Under the pieces are notes generated by a model. The model saw nothing but the letters and a program-made list of their open reading frames with translations. It was not told where the DNA came from and ran no database searches. Positions 57,294 through 64,000 of a stretch of DNA of 64,000 nt are shown one piece after another. The DNA lies in IMG/VR virus record IMGVR_UViG_3300005329_000012, positions 1 to 64,000 of that record. One strand, 5' to 3'. How positions within the stretch are numbered: the first letter of the stretch is position 1; each line of letters opens with the position of its first letter. This DNA comes from a virus. A program made the position numbers and the translations under genes.

Positions 57294-57339
57294 CAAGGCT
57301 CAAGGCTCGAAACCCTAGGGGACCGAGCCTTGAGCCTTG
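57294..57339. repeat. Perfect 16-bp inverted repeat
   Basis: caaggctcaaggctcg-14nt-cgagccttgagccttg. Confidence 0.9.
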
Positions 57340-57340
57340 G

Positions 57341-58282
57341 CTACGCGCCGACGGCCTCCAGGACCGAGCGCGGCACGAGGACGCCCTCGGTCATGATCTG
57401 CTTAACGGTGGCGACCGCCACCGCGACGCGCTCCTCGGTCGTCCCGTCGAGGCGCTGGAAGTTCATCCCGAACCCGTCGAGCACCTGCCGGAGGGCGTTG
57501 TCCACCCGCGCGGCGTGGCGCTTGGCCGCGTCGGCCTCCTCGCCGGGGACCTCGATCGCCGGGGCCAGCGGGAGGTAGAACGCGAACTTCACGCCCATGT
57601 GCTCCAGCAGGAACGTCAGCGTCGAGAGCGTGGCCTGGAGCTGCTGCATCCTGACCTGCGTGTCCGGCGTGACCAGACCGCTCTGCTGGAGGCCGAGCAT
57701 CACCATCTCGAAGTTCGCGCCCGCGTGGGCGATGTTGCCCAGGGCGGTCCCGTTGACGATGTAGCTCGCGCCGTCGCGGCGCGCCTCGGCCTCGCGGGCC
57801 TGCGAGATCCCCCACGCGAGCAGGTGCTCGCGGTAGCCGCCGAACATGCCGACGGCGTCCCCGAGGGCCTCGACCTCCAGGCCGGGGTTGCCGATCTGCT
57901 GGAGGGCCTCCCGGCCCAGGAACTCGTCCTCGGCCCAGGCCGCGGCGAACCCCTCGACGAACGGGGCCTTGCCCGAGCCCGGCGCGCCGACGACGGCCAC
58001 GCTGACCGGGAACTCCGGTACGACCAGCACGGGGTCGTCGCCGCCCTGCTCGGGCTGCTCGGGCTCCTCGCCTCCGGGCACGACGCCCGCCAGCTCGGCG
58101 TGCGCCTCGCCCGTGTGCGTCACCGGGTCGCGGACCTCGCCCGTCTCCGGGTCGAGGACCTTGCCCGTCGGCACGAAGACCTCGGTGCCGTCGAACGTCT
58201 TCCGCATCTCTCCGGTCATCGCGTAGTCGGCCTGCGGCTGGCCGCCCTCGCCCTCGAACCTCTCCAGGTCCTCCGCACTCAT
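57341..58282 (-). CDS. P-loop nucleotide-kinase-like protein with acidic N-terminus
   Basis: VAVVGAPGSGK; FYLP; LDGTTEERV. Confidence 0.7.
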   Translation of the reverse strand: MSAEDLERFEGEGGQPQADYAMTGEMRKTFDGTEVFVPTGKVLDPETGEVRDPVTHTGEAHAELAGVVPGGEEPEQPEQGGDDPVLVVPEFPVSVAVVGAPGSGKAPFVEGFAAAWAEDEFLGREALQQIGNPGLEVEALGDAVGMFGGYREHLLAWGISQAREAEARRDGASYIVNGTALGNIAHAGANFEMVMLGLQQSGLVTPDTQVRMQQLQATLSTLTFLLEHMGVKFAFYLPLAPAIEVPGEEADAAKRHAARVDNALRQVLDGFGMNFQRLDGTTEERVAVAVATVKQIMTEGVLVPRSVLEAVGA

Positions 58283-59040
58283 GCGTCCTCCTTGAGCTGG
58301 CTGAACGGGAGGAGCCGCGCCGACACCTTGCCGGGGGTCGTGTGCCTGGCGAACACCGTGGCGCTCTCCGGGTTGGCGACCATGAAGCGTGTCGCGGCCT
58401 TCTCGTCCAGCTCGTAGATCGTGTGCTCCACGACTACATCTTCGGCGCCGAGGGCCTGGAACTGCTCGTCCTCGCGCAGGGCTCCCGCGTCGATCGTGGG
58501 CGCCGACGTGCTCGTGGTGCGGCCGAACTTGTAGTCGCCGACCGCGAACTCGAACTTGACCAGGGAGTCATTCTCCTGGATCTCCAGAGTGAACGTCTCG
58601 CCGTCGGTCGTCGCGTTCAGGAGCGTCCACTCCGGGTGGTGCATGGCCAGCCAGGCCCGGACGTCGCCGCCGTAGACGTCGTCGACCTCGGCCTTGTCGG
58701 CCGGGACGACCTTCGTCGCCAGCGGTACCTCGTCGCGGACGACCTCGCTGATCAGCTCCATGATCGGGCCGCGCAGCAGCTCCTTCTGCTGCTTCGCCGC
58801 CTTCTCCTTGATGTCGGCCTCCAGGTACAGCTCGGCAAGCTCCGTAAGCTCCTCGCGGGCCGTGGCGGTCTCGACCTCGGCCAGGACGACCGTCCCCTCG
58901 GGGACCGACTCGTCCTCGACCACCGGGATGCCCGCGACCTCGCCGACCTTCCTCCGCTTCAGGTTCGCCATCGTCTCCTCTCTCGTAGCCGCCAGCCAAG
59001 CCTCGTCCAGCTCGCCGTGCAGCCGCTCCGTCCTGTTCAC
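58279..59040 (-). CDS. Hypothetical protein
   Basis: GTGA overlap; acidic with coiled-coil segment; start could be ATG 58971. Confidence 0.7.
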   Translation of the reverse strand: MNRTERLHGELDEAWLAATREETMANLKRRKVGEVAGIPVVEDESVPEGTVVLAEVETATAREELTELAELYLEADIKEKAAKQQKELLRGPIMELISEVVRDEVPLATKVVPADKAEVDDVYGGDVRAWLAMHHPEWTLLNATTDGETFTLEIQENDSLVKFEFAVGDYKFGRTTSTSAPTIDAGALREDEQFQALGAEDVVVEHTIYELDEKAATRFMVANPESATVFARHTTPGKVSARLLPFSQLKEDA

Positions 59041-59333
59041 TCCTCGACCAGGACCGTGTTCCGCCCGCACCGCGGGCAGACGTGGTTCCTCCGCTGCTCC
59101 TCGCTCTGGGGCACCGGGTCGTTCGACGTCCAGTTGCAGATCTTCCGCATCGCCTCCCGCGTGTGGCGGCAGTACCCGCGGTACGTCCAGCTCGGGCAGT
59201 CGCAGGTGATGTCCTCCGTCCCCTCCCACGGCGGGATCGACACGGAGTAGGTCTTCTTCGGGTCGGTCGACGACCTGACCTCGACCTCCTGCCACTCCAG
59301 GTTGGACTCGCACTCCTGAGCGAACTGCGTCAC
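59037..59333 (-). CDS. SWIM zinc-finger protein
   Basis: Y.V...CDCP......CRH; C-terminal CPRCG; leaderless after TACAAT. Confidence 0.8.
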   Translation of the reverse strand: MTQFAQECESNLEWQEVEVRSSTDPKKTYSVSIPPWEGTEDITCDCPSWTYRGYCRHTREAMRKICNWTSNDPVPQSEEQRRNHVCPRCGRNTVLVEE

Positions 59334-59548
59334 GCGCCCATTGTAACCGACGGTTGGGGGACCAAAGGACCTCATTTCCCTCGCGCGCGCGAGAAGGTTC
59401 TTAGCAGTTTTCATGCACCAGTGGTAGGTGTTGAAGGACCAAACTGCTGGACACCACAGGTGTTCGTCGTTCCGGCGCGCTTTCCCCACGTCCGGCCCCG
59501 AACCCCCCGTTTGGGGGACGTCCCCTCCGCGCCGGTCACTATCCGGCC

Positions 59549-60139
59549 GTGGACCACTGGCTCAACCTTGAGACGTGGGTCGTCGCCGACAACCACTGGG
59601 GCCACGGCAACATCAGGGCCTACGGCGCGCGGCCGGACAACCACTACGAGCTGATGCGGAGCCTCTGGCTCGAACGGGTCGGCGGGCGCGAGTCCGTCCT
59701 GCACCTGGGCGACCTGCTCTGGGGCGGCTTCACCGAGGACCCGCCCTGGTGGGTGCTCGACCTTCCCGGCATGAAGCGGCTGGTGCGCGGCAACCACGAC
59801 AAGTACTCCGCGAAGTGGTACCGGGCCATCGGCTTCGAGGTCATCGGCCGGGGCGACAAGGCCGTCCGGCGCCTGCACCTGCCCGAGCACGACCTGGTGG
59901 TCGCGTTCTCCCACGAGCCCCTGGTCGCCGACCGGGACGACGGCGGCTGGGACGTGAACGTCCACGGCCACGTGCACCAGAACCCGGTGAGGTACGTCAC
60001 GGCCCCGCGCAGCCCCGCCGACTACGTGAACGCCTGCGTCGAGGCCATCGGCTACGGGCCGGTGCGGCTCCGCGAGCTGCTTGAGCGCGCGGGCGCCCTC
60101 GGGAAGCCCGGCGAAACGCCGAATAAGGGCGGCTCATGA
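59549..60139 (+). CDS. Calcineurin-like metallophosphoesterase
   Basis: DNHWGH, LGD, GNHD, SHEP, HGHVH. Confidence 0.9.
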   Translation: MDHWLNLETWVVADNHWGHGNIRAYGARPDNHYELMRSLWLERVGGRESVLHLGDLLWGGFTEDPPWWVLDLPGMKRLVRGNHDKYSAKWYRAIGFEVIGRGDKAVRRLHLPEHDLVVAFSHEPLVADRDDGGWDVNVHGHVHQNPVRYVTAPRSPADYVNACVEAIGYGPVRLRELLERAGALGKPGETPNKGGS

Positions 60140-61023
60140 CACCACCGCGACTCCGGCCTCCCGGCAAGGTTGAGGCCACAGCACTACGGGACCTCTGGGC
60201 AGAACGAGGCTACAGGGTCCCCCACACGCTCACCCCGTCCCAGGAGGCCGTCCTGGAGAGCAACACGCAGTACCGCAAGTCGCGCCGCGACGACGGCGGC
60301 TGCGTGGTCTGCGAGGGGCAGGGCGAACACTACTGGCTCGGCGAGCGGCTGGAGTGCCCCGACGACTCCTTCGGGCACCCCGCGCAGCGCCTCGCGGAGT
60401 GGTACTGGGTGCACAACATCCCGCTCCAGTACCAGCTCCTCGACTGGCGCGACTGGCCGACGGACACCGGCGTCAAGCTCCAGGCGAAGGCGATCGCCGA
60501 GGCGTACCTGGACTCGTACAAGGGGCTGTCCTTCTACGGCCAGGGGCTCAACATCTACTCGAAGACGCAGGGCACCGGCAAGACGTGGGTCGCCACCGCG
60601 ATCCAGAAGGACCTGACCAAGTCCGGCGTGGACACGTGGTTCGTCCGCTTCCTGGACGTCGTCTCCTTGTACGACTGGGAGGACAAGGCGAAGAAGGCCC
60701 TGTACACGGACCGCATCAAGGGCGCGTCGTTCCTGGTGCTGGACGAGGTACAGCCCGGCTGGACGCCGAAGCAGGCGTCGCTCTACCGCGAGAAGCTGGA
60801 GGAGCTGATCCGGCCGCGCGAGAGCGACAACCTCGTGACCGTCCTGACCACCAACATGACCCGCGACGAGCTGGCCGACGAGTACGGCCGCGTGTTCTCC
60901 CTGCTGAGCGCCAAGAACGAGTGGATCAGCCTGGAGGGCGCGGTCGACGCGCGCATCAGCTCCGACCTCTGGCGCCAACAGGCCGAGGCGGGGGAGAACA
61001 ACGAGAGGCCGCCGATCACATGA
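60136..61023 (+). CDS. DnaC/IstB-like helicase loader
   Basis: CxxC..C Zn region, GTGKT, LVLDE, LTTN. Confidence 0.85.
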   Translation: MTPPRLRPPGKVEATALRDLWAERGYRVPHTLTPSQEAVLESNTQYRKSRRDDGGCVVCEGQGEHYWLGERLECPDDSFGHPAQRLAEWYWVHNIPLQYQLLDWRDWPTDTGVKLQAKAIAEAYLDSYKGLSFYGQGLNIYSKTQGTGKTWVATAIQKDLTKSGVDTWFVRFLDVVSLYDWEDKAKKALYTDRIKGASFLVLDEVQPGWTPKQASLYREKLEELIRPRESDNLVTVLTTNMTRDELADEYGRVFSLLSAKNEWISLEGAVDARISSDLWRQQAEAGENNERPPIT

Positions 61024-62285
61024 CAGAGCTGTACGTGGGGCTGGACATCGACGAGCAGATCGTCGCCCACCTGGCGACGCCGGGCGGCGCGAAGATCGCC
61101 GAGGAACTCGACCCGGAGTTCCTGAGCGACGACGCCGCGGAGGCGCTGACGCGCTGGCGCGAGTACAAGGACCAGTACGGCGGGGTCATCCCGCCCGACA
61201 TCCTCGCCGACGAGATGGACTGGGACGGCGAGTTCCCCGAGGCCCTCGGCGAGCCCGAGTACTGGCTCAACGAGGCCCGCACCCGGCAGCTGCGCCGCGA
61301 GGGCGCCGCGGCCATCAAGCGCGCGGGCGCGATGGGGAAGGAGGACCCGGTCGAGGCGTTCACCTGGCTCGGGAAGGAGTCCGTGCGGCTGGTCGAGCTG
61401 GCCGCGCCGCCCACCCGCGCCGTCCGCAGCCTCGGCACCGAGGGCGGCGCCGAGTGGTACCGCCAGCAGACGACCGAGGCGGCCAAGGGCCTCTCGTGGG
61501 GCTTCAAGGACATCGACGAGGCCGTCGGCGGGCTCCGCAACGGCACGCTGAACGTCATCGTCGCCCGGCTCAAGCGGTACAAGAGCTGGCTGGCGCAGAA
61601 GTCGGCCATGGAGACGTTCTACAACGGCAAGCGGGTCACGTTCGCCCCGCTGGAGCTGCCGGTGGGCGAGTTCAAGACGCGGCTCAACTGCATGATCGGC
61701 GACGTGCCGTGGTCGGTCGTCGGCCGCTACGTCGCCGGACCGGAGCACGTCGAGCGGATGGAGGAGGTCGAGGCTTGGATGCGCGAGCAGGCCAACCCGA
61801 TCAACATCGTCAAGCCCGCGCCGGGCGCCGTCACGGCGGCCACCCTGGCGGCCGAGGCGAAGCGGTACGAGAGCGACATCCTCTACGTGGACCAGCTCGA
61901 CTTCATGGAGCGCGACCGCTCCCTCCCGGAGTGGGTCGAGTACGGCCGCATCGCCACGGAGCTGAAGCAGGTGGCGATGGAGCTGGACATCCCGGTCGTC
62001 CTGGTCGTCCAGTTCAACCGGCAGGCCACCGTCAAGAAGTTCGTCGACCTGGGCGCGGAGTTCGTCGGCCACGCCGACAAGATCCCGCAGGTGCTCGACG
62101 TCCTGATGGCGAGCTTCGCCACCGGCCGGATGAAGGACAACGGCATCATCCACTACGGCATCCTGGAGTCCCGGTCGGCCACCGCTCCCCGCGCGTGGGA
62201 GATCAAGGTCGAGCTGGACGACAGAGCCGACTTCGTCCTCTCGCGCGAGCACGACCTCCACGCGGACGACGAGAGTGACGACTAG
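61020..62285 (+). CDS. dnaB: DnaB-like replicative helicase
   Basis: IDEAVGGL, atypical Walker A ARLKRYKS, LEL, YVDQL, LKQVAMELDIPVVLVVQFNR. Confidence 0.85.
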   Translation: MTELYVGLDIDEQIVAHLATPGGAKIAEELDPEFLSDDAAEALTRWREYKDQYGGVIPPDILADEMDWDGEFPEALGEPEYWLNEARTRQLRREGAAAIKRAGAMGKEDPVEAFTWLGKESVRLVELAAPPTRAVRSLGTEGGAEWYRQQTTEAAKGLSWGFKDIDEAVGGLRNGTLNVIVARLKRYKSWLAQKSAMETFYNGKRVTFAPLELPVGEFKTRLNCMIGDVPWSVVGRYVAGPEHVERMEEVEAWMREQANPINIVKPAPGAVTAATLAAEAKRYESDILYVDQLDFMERDRSLPEWVEYGRIATELKQVAMELDIPVVLVVQFNRQATVKKFVDLGAEFVGHADKIPQVLDVLMASFATGRMKDNGIIHYGILESRSATAPRAWEIKVELDDRADFVLSREHDLHADDESDD

Positions 62286-63399
62286 CTTCCGACGCGGCAA
62301 GCAGGGCCTCCCACGGGAGGCCCGCCGCCCGCGGCTGGACTGGGACGAGGTACGCGAGTCCCTGGCCGCGGACGAGGCCCTGGCGGCGCTCGACGTGGAC
62401 GTGGCCCGGGAGTCGCGCGGCGAGATGTGGGCGTTCTGCCCGCTCCCCGACCACCCCGGCGCCGACCGCTCCGGGAGCAACTTCTCGATCCACGAGGGCT
62501 CCCTCGTCTGGAAGTGCTTCACCTGCGACGAGGGTGGGGCGTTCCCCGAGCTGGTGATCAAGCTCCGCGGCCTGGAGGACGGCCCCGAGGGCTCGGCGTG
62601 GCAGCAGGCGCTCCGGTTCCTGGCCGAGTACTCCGACGTGGCGCTCGACGGCACGGTGGACGAGGTCTACAACAAGCAGGTCGAGCGCGCCGCGAAGGCG
62701 GCCGACTCGTGGGGCGCCCGCCGCCAGCGCGACCGGCGGCAGATGCCCGCGTTCGCGCCCGGCGTCCTCGACCGCATGGGCGGCCCGGCGCCGCTCTCCG
62801 TCCTGGCGAAGTGGCACGTCGACGACGAGGAAGTGGTCGAGGCGTACGGCGTCAGGTACAGCGCGGAGAGCGAGCACCACGGCTACGTCGCCCCGGCGAT
62901 CACGATCCCGCACTTCTTCGGCGGCAGGCTGGTCGGCTACCAGCGCCGCTGGCTCGCCGACGACCGTCCCGACTGGGTCCCGAAGTACACGAACACGGAG
63001 GACTTTCCGAAGGCCGACACCCTGTACGGCTGGGACGTCGCCCTCCCGTTCGCGCGCGCGGGCCACACGACGGCGGTGGTCGAGTCGGCCATGACCGTCC
63101 TGCGGCTGGCGTGCCTCGGAATCCCGGCCGTCGGCACCTTCGGCGCCAGCGTGACGGACGAGCAGATCCGGCTCCTCGGGACGCTGCGCCCCGGGCTGGC
63201 GCTCGCGTACGACAACGACCGGCCCGGCAGGAAGGCCACCCGGCGCATCGCCGACGAGCTGAGCTACCTGCCGCTCGACGTCGTCCCGCCGCCCCGCGGG
63301 GCCAAGGCCGACCTGGCCGACGCCGACGAGGCGGGCGTCCGCGACGCGTTCGCGAGGGCCTATCCTGCGTACGACTCCGACCGAATAAAGGGTGAGTAA
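62275..63399 (+). CDS. dnaG: DNA primase
   Basis: CP..DH...CFTC Zn finger; PKY.N, LYG; TOPRIM VVE...YDND..G; KAD. Confidence 0.9.
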   Translation: MTTSFRRGKQGLPREARRPRLDWDEVRESLAADEALAALDVDVARESRGEMWAFCPLPDHPGADRSGSNFSIHEGSLVWKCFTCDEGGAFPELVIKLRGLEDGPEGSAWQQALRFLAEYSDVALDGTVDEVYNKQVERAAKAADSWGARRQRDRRQMPAFAPGVLDRMGGPAPLSVLAKWHVDDEEVVEAYGVRYSAESEHHGYVAPAITIPHFFGGRLVGYQRRWLADDRPDWVPKYTNTEDFPKADTLYGWDVALPFARAGHTTAVVESAMTVLRLACLGIPAVGTFGASVTDEQIRLLGTLRPGLALAYDNDRPGRKATRRIADELSYLPLDVVPPPRGAKADLADADEAGVRDAFARAYPAYDSDRIKGE

Positions 63400-63400
63400 G

Positions 63401-63523
63401 ATGGCATTCGTGAAGCGAACCCGAGCCGAGTCCTACGAGCCCGTCCAGAAGGACGAGCCCGAGGCCACGCAGAAGGAGATCAAGGAGCCGGAGCCCAAGG
63501 CCCCGGCGTCCCCCGCGAAGTAG
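63401..63523 (+). CDS. 40-aa hypothetical protein
   Basis: Manual translation MAFVKRTRAESYEPVQKDEPEATQKEIKEPEPKAPASPAK; promoter motif upstream. Confidence 0.5.
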   Translation: MAFVKRTRAESYEPVQKDEPEATQKEIKEPEPKAPASPAK

Positions 63524-63572
63524 CTACAATCTTACCGCAAAGCCACAACACTCAACGTACAGGAGGCATTAG

Positions 63573-64000
63573 GTGGCACAGTTCCGTAGGGGCGCCGACG
63601 CGATCGCGCAGGCGGCCAAGCGCAAGGGAGGCGGCAAGTTCGCCCCGGTCTTCAAGTTCGAGGCCGACGAGACGAAGTACCTCCAGTTCCTCGTCCCGAT
63701 GGAGGACATCCCGACGGTGCTCATGCACCAGTTCATCATCATCGGCTCCCGCGAGGACGGGTCGCCGAAGTACGAGCGGTTCATCTCGCGCCGCGACCCG
63801 GGCCTCGACGGGCCGGACGGGTACGACGAGATCATCGACCGCTTCGGCCTGACGCCGACGGAGCGCAGCGTCGCCCTCGCGGTCGAGGTCGAGCCCGTCT
63901 ACGGCGAGGGCACCGGCCGACGCAAGAAGATCGAGGGCTTCGACCTGGCCATGCGCCAGTTCGAGAAGGACGGCGAGACCGTGGAGGTCCCGGCGTTCCA
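63573..64000 (+). CDS. Probable ssDNA-binding protein, runs off the right edge
   Basis: GTG with SD aggagg; GGGKFAPVFKF...KYLQFL...HQF; follows primase. Confidence 0.55.
   Translation, partial: MAQFRRGADAIAQAAKRKGGGKFAPVFKFEADETKYLQFLVPMEDIPTVLMHQFIIIGSREDGSPKYERFISRRDPGLDGPDGYDEIIDRFGLTPTERSVALAVEVEPVYGEGTGRRKKIEGFDLAMRQFEKDGETVEVPAF

Larger units (their letters stand above)
1..64000. mobile_element. Segment of a large myovirus-type phage genome (Bxz1-like actinophage organisation)
   Basis: Contiguous head, sheath, tube, baseplate, lysis and replication genes; no host housekeeping operons; frequent ATGA/GTGA gene overlaps. Confidence 0.95.

Overview
The whole window reads as a segment of a large, high-GC tailed bacteriophage with a contractile tail. 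Gene order and motifs resemble Bxz1/cluster C-type actinobacteriophage myoviruses (recognised from recalled family motifs, no search run), so the host is probably an Actinomycetota. Left to right: a minus-strand accessory operon (AAA-type kinase, stand-alone receiver domain); two large multidomain proteins and fibre/lectin genes; three paralogous tail-collar proteins; head protease/scaffold, decoration and major capsid genes; endolysin and a minus-strand cell-envelope cassette; neck, sheath, tube, frameshifted tail chaperone, tape measure and baseplate genes; then thioredoxin, ribonucleotide reductase, holin and a replication module (phosphoesterase, DnaC-like, DnaB-like, primase, partial SSB). 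No terminase, portal, integrase, tRNA or CRISPR array was seen. The most interesting signals are: (i) large polyproteins punctuated by [K/R]-x-A motifs shared with the head proteins and carrying effector-like domains (PEP-utiliser phosphohistidine domain, GNAT, HDxxGH domain, PD-(D/E)xK nuclease ending in an SSB-type DDDIPF tail), suggesting protease-matured virion cargo; (ii) a phage-specific promoter-like motif TAA-N3-GYGA repeated about 20 times; (iii) several structured non-coding elements.
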